Positions 1 through 11,551 of a stretch of DNA of 64,000 bases are shown here, piece by piece. Location of the stretch: NCBI GenBank assembly GCA_964019425.1, contig OZ025806.1, positions 62,001 through 126,000 on the forward strand, written 5' to 3'. The position numbers and the translations under genes were made by a program. Source of the DNA: Flectonema sp. DT1601. Its lineage: Eukaryota. Each line of letters begins with the position of its first letter. The stretch's first letter is position 1. Under the pieces are notes generated by a model. It had not been told where the DNA came from. It was given only the letters and a program-made list of their open reading frames with translations, and did no database searches.

Positions 1-3000
1 CCTCGAGAAACTGCTTCCCGTGAACCAGATGTCACCGCTGCCGGTGAGCCCCTTGATCGACCCGATGGCCTCAACGTTCCCCTTGTCAATGGATGTCACG
101 TGATCGACGTCTACTTCCACAGTCTTCGCGTCTTCTCCCCCGTGGTCCGATACGAGCAACCTGTTCCGTCCGTCCACTCCGCAATTCAACGTCAGCTTCG
201 CAACCACCGAACTCAGGTCACCGCGAGGCAACTGTGCGGTGTCCGCATCCGTCTGGGTACCAAGCATCGACCTCGACGAGATCGAGATCGTGTTGTCGCC
301 TATCCCCAACCAAACAGTTGTCGGTATCAACACTCCCTGAACATTGACAATGTCGTCGTGCGTCGTCGTCGTCGCAATATCTTCATTCACCACTCCGCGG
401 GTCGTGATTTCTTCCTTCACCACCCCGCGGGTCAAGTCAACCTCCGATATCTCGAAGTTCAAGAACTCCAAAACCGCTCCGATGGAGGAACCAGCGCCGA
501 TCACCTTCGTCTGCGTCATGATGCATGCTTGGTTGTTGCAATCACCGGTCATGTGCAGTGTGTCATACCCGGCCCCGGAATCAACTGTTGTGAAACCGTC
601 ATCTTGAGAAATTGTCAAAGCGTCATTCCCATCACCCAATGAGAGCACGCTGTAGTAACTCATGCCAATCAACGTCACGTCGTCAACGAAGTCACCTCCG
701 GTCAGAAGGAATCGAGGAGCTCCTTTCAAAACTGTGAAACTGTTCGCGTGGTTCTCGGGTAACATTATCGTCACCTCCCCGACAACCGACGCGAATCCCG
801 GAAGCGCCACGCCCGAACCCGTTAGCCCCGTCAGCAAGCTCTGCTTAAACGACCCCGACACACCCGTCGTCCCTTCGGTGTTGTCCGCCACCAGGTTCAC
901 ATTGGAAACGTCTCCGTGCAGGCTCACCAATCCACGGACCCTCTGAGTGTTCCGATTCTTCCCGAGCTTCACGTATTCCGTACTCGAAGTGGAGTAGACA
1001 TTGATAGGGATGTTCGAATCTTCGATGATTACGTTCTCGCTCTGTATTTGAGCCAATCTAATTGTCATCTCGTGAATTTGACTGAAGGTCAAAGCCCTGG
1101 ACGAAACCGCAGGATTGAGCCCCAATACCGACTCCTCGCCGAAGGGATTCTTCCCGACGACGATGTCTCCCCCTTCGTTGGCTGAATGAATTACGAGTTG
1201 CGTCCGGAAGCTTCCCTGAATCTTCATTTCTCCGATGTCCCCGTTCGAGTAGATCTCGACAATCACCGGAACCACACTGTTGATGGTGAGGTCGAGCTTT
1301 GTGTTCTCAGGCAACCCAGTGATTACCAGAGGCGCAGGGTTACTACCATGACCGCAAGTCAGTGTTAAATGAGCAGTGTCGACCAACACCAAGCTATCCG
1401 ATCCGAAACCCGAGAAACCACTTTTTTCAATTCTTCCCGAACAGGTGTTGTAGGAAAAAGTTTTGTCAGACCTCGCTGGAGGCAGATCTTCTTGAACCTG
1501 TCGGATGCCAGTGAACCCCGCTCCGTTTTTGATTTCTGCCGGTGAGTTTTTGAAGTCTCTGTTCCACTTTCCCTCGTTGATGTTATCCCCAACAGTGTTG
1601 GCGTCGTCTATGAAGTCGTCCAGGAACTCGTGCGCCTTTTCAGCAACAGCAGTCATCTTTTCAACGGCCTCCTTGTGAAGAGAATCGGTGGCGGCATTGA
1701 TCTCGTCAACCTTGTCGAGGTTCACGGTACGCGCTTGAGATATCACCTCACAGACTCCGTCGAAACTCCATCTCTGTACTCGCAAAATCAGAACTTCGTA
1801 CGGAATCGATTCGTCGTCTGAGGAATACGTTGGGGGAGAGCAAGAGATAGCATTCGATGGAGTACCCGCAGGGCATCTCAGCATCTGTGTCTTCGGTGGG
1901 CATTGGGAGACCAAGTCCGACACATCACTCACCTTCCCCATGATGTTTCGATCAATATTTTTCCTTGCTTTCTTCAAGAACGCTTCTTTCTTTTTCTTGT
2001 CGGCGTCCGAGCAGATTCTAAACTTCGTAACCAACTCTTTTAAGCATTTCGCGAATTTAGAAGCCAGACCACTGATGTGATCTGCGAATTCCGACATCGC
2101 TGCGAGCGCCTTCTTGGCAGCAGCGCCAACAGCTTTAGCGACTTCACCAGCCAACGCGACGATCGCTCCCGATATGTTCTCCGTCATTGAGAAGTCCAAG
2201 GAGAACTTCTTTTTGTTGATCCCAACTGTGGCTGATACAGTCCAAGTTATTAACTTGAGGTCAGTCGTTGCAGAAAATGTTATCTCCGACTTCGAAACCT
2301 TGAGCGTAATCTTCACGGAGACAAACATCCTCACCGAAACCTTGGCGGAGAGAGTGAATGAGGAACCGCTGAGCTCGACACTGATTTGGTTGATTTTCAC
2401 AATCCCCACGTTAAAATTTTTAATCGAAACCGCAAGTTCCGGTGCCGAGAGAACAGCCACACCCCTGCTGCTCTCATCATCGAGTTTTGCGATTTCACGA
2501 TCAGAAGTGGATCCGTACTTGAGCTTGATAGTTGCCTCCGGGTTGACGATTCCCTTGAAGAAACTCAAGCTCACATCAAACTCTACATACACTCCTCTGA
2601 TTGAGGTCTTCAGAACTGCTTTGATGTCGGCGCTGATGTGCAAAGCAGGGATTTCTGCCTTTCCCACAAGGGAGAAATCGAGCTTCGGATTGATGGCACG
2701 GACCCCCAGATCAAGAGTTGCGTCGATGGTGAGCACATTCGCAATACTGAGGTGTCCAGAAGCCGACAGGTCGACTCCAGTATATGCGCTGCCCGCAACC
2801 GAGAAGTCCATGATATTCTGTGAGCCGAAAATGTTGCGAATCGATCCCGAAGCTTGCACACCCGACAGCAAACCAGCACTGAAGAACGCTTTGCAATCCG
2901 GATCAGTTGCCGACGGACACTTGCCGTCGAACTTCGAGTTCCACGACACTTCTAAGTTTCCCAAAAATCCCGGAAGAGTGAACGCGTCGGCGATCGATCC

Positions 3001-6000
3001 GGGAGGCTTGCCGACCAGCACCTCAACAAAATTCATGGCAATGTTCATCATACTTTCCAATGACATGCTACTGACTCGCACATCTATTCTGGTCGAAGGC
3101 ACATCAAACACGTCATAAAACAAATCAACAGACGCGTGAATGCACTTACTCGAAACCTTGTCCCACACACCACTGGAAGAGTCGTAGCAGTTATTCTTGT
3201 ACCCAAGATGGATGCTTCCTGAGATTTCAATGTACGTTGGGACTAAGGTATTTAAGTTCAGTCCAACGCCAACCACCGGGTCTTCCAGAGTCACAGGGAG
3301 TCCCAACAGAGATTCAATCACTCCAAAATACGCCAGCCTTCCCCGCACTTCCACACCACCCGGCAAGAAAGTCACTCGAAGAGCACCCTCGACCGTGAAC
3401 TCCTGCCTGCTTGCCCTGTTGCAGTTCTTCAGACAGATCGTCAGCGGAAGGTACACAGATCCGATCGCCCCATCAGGAAGCGCATGCCCCAAACTCACAA
3501 CCATTCCACGCTCACCATCAGCCGATGCGATTGAGAAACCATCCGAAACCTTCACCGGTGGGGTCTTCAAGTCAGCGAAAGTTGCCACCCGGGCCGCGGA
3601 AATCTGGGCTTCGAACGCCAAACGCCAACCGTCTCCGAAGAGCGCGTTCGTGAACGGGACGTCACTTACAACTCGAACAATAACTTCATTCGGTGAAAAT
3701 GTCAAATACACTTTCGCATTCGTAAGTCCGAAATCCTTTATCTCATCAGGAAGTGGTATCAATCCATCTAAAGTAGCTGACACTAATCCAGACAACGTCA
3801 CTTCCACTTCATCAGCCAATGCAGTTACTCCATCCGCCGAAACACACGCCAAGGGGTAGAAGTCTCCATAAATAGCATCTCGACTACTCGGCTTCACACT
3901 AGTACTCTCCGGATATCCATTACATTCACCAAAGCAAAGTGTAGTGTGAGTGTTTAGAAGTACTGCAGTATCCACTAGTAAGTCAATTGCATCCTCCGTG
4001 ATCGCTAACTCTGCAGCACTCCTCTCGGCAACTGCATCGCTCTGCACTTCAATGCCTCTTTCCGCAGTACAGCTACTATCAAAAGAGCCACCGAAATTAT
4101 CGTAAATGGCAATGGCTGGGTAGGCTTGCCAGAAACTGTTTCCAATAGTAAGCTGAATTAACAACCAAGTCTTGAATCCAAACCTGGGAGTTTTCGGTTC
4201 AGGAGTTATGAGTTCAGGAGTTTGCTGTTTAGGAATTTTATCATCGGTCTTTTTCTCTTTCTGTTTTTTTTATTTTTAGTTATGAAAGTAAGTTCTATTA
4301 ATTGTCAGATAATTTAATCCTTCTTACTGGGTCTTTCAAAGAAAACTACAAACATAACAAAAATAAAATAAAAGTCATACAAAAGCAAGTTCCTTCACAA
4401 AATTCAACTGCAACACCTTTAATTCAACACCAACAAGTTTTAATGATTTGAACCAACCAATCGGATTATCTGTGACGCATTCTAAGCCGGTGTTCGCGAA
4501 CACAAGTGTGACCGAATCAAACACATTATTGTCCTCCACAAATTTGAGTGTTCGGCCCCAATAACTGTTTTTCTTCTTTTGTTCCCGTTCTTCCTCCTCT
4601 AGTTCCAGTTTTTCCCCGTTTTTTATCTGTTTTCTCCCATCTCGTTCCTGTTCTTCCCCTTCTTTTATCAGGCTTTCCCCATCTCGTTCCTGTTCTTCCC
4701 CTTTTTTTTTTTGGCTTCTCCCATCTCGTTCCTGTTGTTCCCCTTTTTTTATCAGGCTTTCCCCATCTCGTTCCTGTTGTTCCCCTTTTTTTATCAGGGT
4801 TTTCCCATCTAGTTCCTGTTGTTCCCCTTTCTTTATCAGGCTTCTCCCATCTCGTTCCTGTTGTTCCCCCCGTATCAGGTCCCCTTCTTTTTTAGTTTTT
4901 CCTCCCTTTTCTATCAAGTCACCCCCATCTTCTTGCATTTTTCCCCCATCTAGTTTCTTTTTTTCCCCGTCGTTTATCTTCTGTTTCCCGTCTTTTATCT
5001 CTTTTTCCCCTTCTTTTTTATTTTTTCCTCCCTTTTCTATCAAGTCATCCCCATCTTCTTGCATTTTTCCCCCCTCTAGTTTCTTTTTTTCCCCTTCTTT
5101 TTTATTTTTTCCTCCCTTTTCTATCAAGTCACCCCCATCTTCTACTTCTTTTCTCCCATCACTTATTTTTTCTCCAAAGTATCTGTCTCGAGCTTTACCA
5201 ATCTCCATAAACGCATCCCTCTTGAAGTCAATGTTGAGAGCTGATCCTCCGAAGTTGCTGGGGTCCCACATGAACCCCAGAGAGAACGATGGGCTAAGTA
5301 GCCCTTTCGCAAAGTCTTTTTTAAATTCCTTCTCCTTAATTCCCTTCTTAATATTCCTTAAACGCTCTTTCACCTTTGCGAAAAAGCTTTTCTTTGGAGG
5401 TTTTTCTTCCGGAAGTTTAGGCGTTAGTTTGTCTGCTACAAAGTCACTAGCAATCGAAGTAATATTAGTCGCAAGTCCCATACCAAAAAACACGTCCCCA
5501 GCCTCGCAATTGTCGGCACCCCCCAGATGAAGGGAAAAGTCAAAGTACTTTAGGATTTCCCAGTCGAGAGCTGCATAAACGAGGGGATGTTTTGGGTTGT
5601 TGTATTTGCCATCCCACTCAGGAATATCTTTGCAGATTTTTCTACTTCCACTACTTCCACTACTTCCACTGTCTTTGTTACTAGAATTTTCCAATACCTG
5701 ACTCATTCTGTGAAATACCTGTTCCTCAGTCGACATTGTCTTCGGGCCATTACCCAACGAAGTGAATTCCGTGTCCGTACATCTGTCTTCAAACAATGCT
5801 GCTATAGCTAATGCTTGATCTGTTAACTTAGTAATCTCACCCATGAATGGAGGATCTAAATCATCAAGCAAATCAAATGCATCAGCGAGGACTTCAGAGA
5901 TTGGTTCTGCGTACTGACTGATGTTTAGAACTTCAGTCACACCACTCCGGTCAACTAAATCAGTCACCGATTGGATCATAACATCCTTCATTATCTCTGC

Positions 6001-6120
6001 CATGCTATCCTTTATGGAACCCTCCGACTGACTGTCGATAGTCTTCTTACTCTCAGCTACCCCAACAGCACCCAACAGGCAGATGGAGCAGCTGATTAGC
6101 TGCGTGACGCCGCGTAACAT
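1..6120 (-). CDS. Giant secreted/surface protein, >2000 aa, 3'-truncated by the window: join(6120..4381, 4260..<1). Signal peptide, charged repeat region, beta-rich middle, RTX/Ca-binding-like C-terminal part
   Basis: ORF 4375..6120 starts with a signal peptide (MLRGVTQLISCSICLLGAVGVAES) and ends at a TTT|GTATGA donor. After AAAAAAAACAG the frame resumes (KEKKTDDKIPKQQTPELITP...) and I found no stop when translating down to base 1 (...IKGLTGSGDIWFTGSSFSR). LGDGNDALT and DSGAGYDTL motifs lie near 560-640. Confidence 0.85.
4261..4380 (-). other. Spliceosomal intron, 120 nt, phase 0
   Basis: GTATGA...ACTAAAAATAAAAAAAACAG; removal joins two open frames. Confidence 0.85.
4600..5145 (-). repeat. 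Coding tandem repeats: 42-nt unit (EQQERDGESLIKKG) x~6 and 84-nt-type unit (KKKLEGGKMQEDGDDLIEKGGKNKKEGE) x2-3
   Basis: Repeated cccatctcgttcctgttgttcccc and ttttcctcccttttctatcaagtca on the + strand; Gly every 7 residues. Confidence 0.9.
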
Positions 6121-6620
6121 TTTGAAGAGGCTTCTCTTCTTTTCTTATTTTGTGTTGGATGTGATTTAAGATAAAAATCTGTGGAAATGTTGCGTAATAA
6201 TCCTGGTAGTACTCCGTAACACTTTATGATTAATATTACCATCGTAGTCATCCATATCTGCATAACCGAAGGGAGAGTTAATGAACTGAAAAGCTGCTAT
6301 TGCAAAAAGGGGGCCAAAAACCCCCCGAAAATGGTGAAAAACGCTATGACAAATTGTGCCAAATCGTCAGATGGTCGCGATATTTTGTATCCTGAGTGGG
6401 ACGGAGAGATCAAAACATTCTTTAAGAAAGCATTCGATTCTAGAGCACTCCACACGTGTTAAGTGTTTCAATAAGAAACAGAGCTGGACGTATACTGGTG
6501 TATTTTAATTATTACGACTTTGCCAAGTTTCACTGGCTGATGTCCTAATGTTTGTCTACTGAAGGGGGTGGAATATTAATATCGTACCACAGGATAATCT
6601 TGAATCCTTCACTAAAAGAA

Positions 6621-6741
6621 AACCATTCAGATAAAGCCATATATTTCATTGATCGCAGACAGTAATACCGACAACACATAACATTTTGACATAATAAATA
6701 AAACAGCTCTTAATCTGAATAGTTTCTTCTCCGACTTCGTC
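6621..6741. repeat. Dispersed repeat family A, copy 1 (hairpin-forming, ~120-150 bp)
   Basis: AACCATTCAGATAAAGCC...GCTCTTAATCTGAATAGTTTCTTCTCCGACTTCGTC; shared with copies at 46951, 49774, 57107, 58968. Confidence 0.85.
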
Positions 6742-7491
6742 GGTGCAAAAAGAAAAAAAATGTATTTACACGCTAGTAGTCATAAAAAGAAATGACTTAA
6801 CTAAAACGAGTGTCGTGGACATTTTTTGGTGACCAAAGACAATGCTCGAATATCAATGTGAGAGACCTGTATGTTGCTAAGACGGTAACGATTGTGCACT
6901 AGAGAGCATTAGAAAGTTTTCATAACAACAGCAGACGATATCTCCATATGAAGGATACCATCACAAGGTAATCAGGTATACCAATGCGCTCTCTTAACAA
7001 CAAGAAGTACAAGTCACAACTGACATTTTGACAGGTACTGGCTTTGGTGATAATATTAATTTTTCGCTTTCGCTTTCGCTTTCGCTTTCGTTTCGTTTTT
7101 TTTTTTTTTTTTTTTTTTAAAAAAACAAATAACAAGTTAAGTAATACCAGTCAAGGCATAATTAACTAATGACACAAAGTGATACTTTTTTAACTTAACC
7201 CTAAAGAAACTAACCAATTAGACTTCTCAGTCTCCCCATCAATGTGGCGCCAAAGAAAGATCGAAGTGAACGTAGCGGAGTGGATGATGGTTCGTAAAAG
7301 ATTTTTTTTTTTTTTTTTTTTTTTCCCCTTCTTCCCGTTTTTTTTTTTTTTTTTTTTTTTTTTTTGAGATATTATTAAGTACTCGCAATACAATCCAAAA
7401 ACTAACTTGAGGAGATACCATTTCGGTGAGTACTTTAAGAAAGTACTCAATTCCAAATCTACTCGCATGATCCTTCTTAATAGAAACACCA

Positions 7492-9000
7492 CTAAGAAGT
7501 AATCGCGAATAGAGCGAATACCTGCCTGTGATCTGTGTGTAGTGTGGTCACTGAATAATCAAGACATATAACACCAACTGACACCATTTCTTTAGGAACA
7601 TCTGGAGCAGAAGATGGAGCAGTTGGAAGTGGATGTTCAGAGTCTGGATACTCTGGAATGGGTCTCACAAATAACGGAGGAGGTCTCCACATTCTGAGGA
7701 CAGCAGTCGGTTTGTAGTCCCTAGAATAGTACAACACTCTGTCTGTGAAACTTGGAAGATGATGAGCTTCCGTCTTAATGTTATAAAAGTCAAGTGTTTT
7801 TGACGACACATCCATCGTCAGATGTAATTTGTACGTCGGATAAAATAATATGTCAGCTTCATGAAATTCCTGAAAAGCTCCTTCACTGCCGTCTTTAGTG
7901 CGAGCCTCACTTAACTGGTCGTAAGATTGAATTGCTTTTGAAACATTTTTATTTAAAGCTGAAAGAATACCTTCCGTAGCAGTTCCTTTAGAGAATGAAC
8001 CTCCTTTCATTCGGTAGTTTAAATCTCCAGTAAAAAATACATAAGAATGTTCTAAAATAGTTATAGGGCTGGAATCGAACTTGCACTGCTCAAGAATGTG
8101 TCGGTACATAGCATTTCTTTTATCATTTCCTTCTGGGTGAGCTGCTAAGTGGCTTCCAATGAAACAAATTGATTTACTTTGAAAATCTAGTCGGATACAA
8201 ACAGCTCCCTTATTGCCAGCTGTGGCTAATCCTCTGAGAACTTTTCCTCTCCAAAATGTAATTGCACAATTTTCAACTTTCCCTTGAGATGATTTCTTAA
8301 CCCACAACAATATTTGAACGGAAGCCTCGTGACCTGAAGAGATTAGTTGGTATTCAGGTATCAGGCTCGTGAGGTAATCTTGCCAGGCAGCTGCCTTTTT
8401 CGTATTCTTTTCATCAGAAATAACCGCATCGGAGGCAATGCCAGACACCGACATGTCAACCTCCTGCAAAGAAACACAAATCAGTTCCGGTTCATCCAAC
8501 TTTGACTTAATCCATGATGTGGCTGCCACATTATTTTTTCCTGTTAGCCAAGAGGTCATTTCCTTGTTATAAGCAGAGAAACTCAGAGGTTCGATCCCCG
8601 CAACGTTCCATGTCGCACATCTAATTATGGGAGTTGTTTCTGATAATGTTAGTTTTTGTGATTTTGTTTCTACTCTTGATTTGCAGGATTCAACTGATTT
8701 CTTCAGGACGCGTGACCATTCTGCAGCTTCTTCATTGGTCTTACCAGTTAATATGTATTTATGTGGTAGAGTCTTGCCAGATAACGTTAATGCTTTCCCC
8801 GACTGTTCTATTAGTTGAACGTCAGCCAAGCAGATGCATCCAGCGAAGCTTTGAGGATCGTCTCCATTACGGATTCCAGGTTTCTCTTTGTAATAATATA
8901 ATTCTCTCCCACGAAGGTCAAACCAGCGAGTTTGATTTCTTCTAATTACAGATCCGCCCATCTTCGATAGGAAACCAGATTTCTGTACTGGCGTATCCAT
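7492..9000 (-). CDS. PH-domain inositol polyphosphate 5-phosphatase (IPPc/EEP fold)
   Basis: N-terminal PH domain (KSGFLSKMG, RWFDL, LYYYK, EAAEWSRVL); 5-phosphatase motifs TWNV, SLQE, GNKGAV, SHLAAH, TGDLNYR, DQL, PTYK, PSFTDRVLY, TDH. Confidence 0.92.
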   Translation of the reverse strand: MDTPVQKSGFLSKMGGSVIRRNQTRWFDLRGRELYYYKEKPGIRNGDDPQSFAGCICLADVQLIEQSGKALTLSGKTLPHKYILTGKTNEEAAEWSRVLKKSVESCKSRVETKSQKLTLSETTPIIRCATWNVAGIEPLSFSAYNKEMTSWLTGKNNVAATSWIKSKLDEPELICVSLQEVDMSVSGIASDAVISDEKNTKKAAAWQDYLTSLIPEYQLISSGHEASVQILLWVKKSSQGKVENCAITFWRGKVLRGLATAGNKGAVCIRLDFQSKSICFIGSHLAAHPEGNDKRNAMYRHILEQCKFDSSPITILEHSYVFFTGDLNYRMKGGSFSKGTATEGILSALNKNVSKAIQSYDQLSEARTKDGSEGAFQEFHEADILFYPTYKLHLTMDVSSKTLDFYNIKTEAHHLPSFTDRVLYYSRDYKPTAVLRMWRPPPLFVRPIPEYPDSEHPLPTAPSSAPDVPKEMVSVGVICLDYSVTTLHTDHRQVFALFAITS

Positions 9001-10691
9001 ATTGTAATTACCTTGTGTAGTAGAGTAGAGGTATTGGTAGCTGGCTGTGTGTGTTTTGTTAATACGGTCTACTTGTTCTCATATTTAGTTGTAACTGGAT
9101 GGCTAAAGTATTTAATAATTTTCTATAAAATTGAACTATAGATTTCTTCTTGAGCAGCATGTGGAGACTCGGAAGTCAAAAAAAGAAAGTGAGACACCTC
9201 ACAAACGAACCCGTTTGTATTGGCAAAACCTAAAGCAAAAAAAAAAAAAAAAAGAAAGAAAGAAAAAAAAGAAGAAGAAGAAGAAGAAGAAGAAGAAGAA
9301 AAACAAAAACATGATGCAGGGGGGTGAGCGTAGTGGGATTTTTTTTTTTTTTTTTTCCAATCTTTTTTTTTTTTTTTTGCACACGAAATCCATTGTTCGG
9401 ATCCGCTGTGAAAAACTACAAAGATAAAGATTGTGCGTGCCGTTAGGATGAGTCTGACAACATAAAATGAACATGACCCCACATCTGTGAGATAATTTTT
9501 TTTCCTTTCATGCGTTGTACCTCAATCATAAGCGAGGAAGCAATTGCACCTTTTCAAACTTGAGAAAGCTTCGCTCAGTTTTTTGTTATTACATACAAAA
9601 GTGACGATGCATGCTCATAAAACATACTAAAAAAGAGGGTTATTGGTTTAATATACTTGTATCAAAAAAGTTAATGCAATTATGATACAGTAAAAAATAG
9701 TTTAAAGTAGGTAAACACAAGCAAGTGTCAAGCAACAGAGACCCAACACTGCAGTAGTATGGATAAAATAAAAAGATTGTGATGCAAGAAACAAATTGCA
9801 GAAAAACCAAAAATAGATAACACTTTGATTAGGAACTGCTGCACGGTGATTACAAAAAAAAAAAAAAAGAAGAAAAAAAAGGTGGGGAAAAAAGAACATA
9901 GTTTTTTTTTTTTTTTTTTTTCGGTAAATTAATTTCGTTCGGTTCCTTTTCTTTTTTTAAAAAAAGAAAAAAAAAAAAGCAACGTGCTGATTAACAATAA
10001 TCTCTCTCTCCCTTTTTTTTTTTTTTTTTTTTTTTTTGTCTTACATCTTTATTTCAACATTTACAGCTCCAAGGAGGAAATGCCTAATATAAAAATATAA
10101 AAGAAATAAATGGAAAGATAAAGGGTGGGAAAATTGCTAGTCAGTGCAAAAAAAACACACACACAAACAGACCAAAAAAGGAAATCAAAAAAATCGAAAA
10201 CATTCAAAAGGACCAGCCTTAGCACACGTGTTTTTCATTTTTTTTAAAGACAGCTCGCATTCAAGAGAGAAAACAACAACAAAAAAAAAAATTAAAAAGG
10301 GAACAGAATAAATGTGATGAGGACTACAGTTCGATTTAAAAAAGAAATGTCGCAAAAGCTTTTTTTATTGTTGTTAAGAAGTAGTCCATATTCATTCAGG
10401 AGATTACTTTTTTGGACACAAAAATCAACTGAAACCTTTCTTGAATAATATACAGCCAACAAGGAGACAGTGCAACCTACGAAATTCTCTCTTCACAATT
10501 GTTTCCATTTTAAAGAAGAAGAAAAAAAAAATAAGACCTCCGCTTCGTACAGCAACTTTCACTTGATGCTTGTTGCTGGGGTTTCAATATATTTTTATGT
10601 AAAAAAAAAAAAAAACTTAAAAAAAGCGGCCTCTTAGCACCCAGTTTATTTGTTTATTTTATTTTTTTTTTTTTTTTCGTCGCTCGTACTG

Positions 10692-10722
<31 letters not shown>

Positions 10723-11511
10723 AGACTTAACAAAAAATGGGTAATCTTTTAATAGGACTGTGGAAACAAAATAGAGTTCGCTGCCCAACACTCCCCCAGT
10801 CGCTCTTATGATGCTTTTGCAAGAAAAACGGGGGGGGAGCGGGATAAAAAAAGAATTGGCTTTAACTTAAACTATACAGAACACAGTAGTATAACTATAA
10901 CACTAATCGATGTTTCACAAAACTGACATTGAGACATTTCGCCTCATCACACTAATGACCCGTAGTTACAGTCAGTGAATATGCACATCAGAAACATACA
11001 CAACATTGGTTCTGCTACCAGGTGCACCCCCTTCTAGAATATTAGGCACCCCGACAATTGTCTAGTCTACTTTCTGTGACATCGACGTATAGAAATGTTG
11101 TGTTCATGTTGGTACACAAAACCGTAAAACTATGAAAGCAAAAGGAGGTTTGCGTGTGCTGCCAAAAACCTTTTCAGCTTTTACAATACTTGTTAGATGG
11201 AGAGAAAAAGAAATTTAAAAAAAAAAAGAAGCAACAATAAAATAAGTTTTACTTTTTCTGGACTGTGACGCTGCATTGAACAGATAGGAAAGAGTCCGCA
11301 ATTTTTTTTTTTTTAAAAGAAAAGAACAGAAGGGGAAGGAAGAAATTGGGAGAGAAGGAGCGCTCATTCACTACCTTGCCGGAAGCGAGAACCACACAAC
11401 CGAAACACGGCACGAATGAGCTTGTTTTTCGTTTGTACTTTTATATGTGTTTTTTTTCTTTCTTTTTTTTTTCTTAGTTTTTTTTCCACTTAAACTTGAG
11501 GAGAAGAAAAA

Positions 11512-11551
<40 letters not shown>

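Noticed and set aside
93..3859. Plus-strand ORFs (100..642, 2114..3118, 3197..3859 and others)
   Set aside because: Antisense shadows of the long minus-strand exon
4600..5145. Regular repeats considered as a CRISPR array (also 39425-39990)
   Set aside because: No unique spacers, in-frame coding repeats, eukaryotic context
10900..10990. Box C-like GTGATGA (minus strand) as a snoRNA; similar cases at ~10313 and ~49624
   Set aside because: No suitably placed box D or terminal stem found
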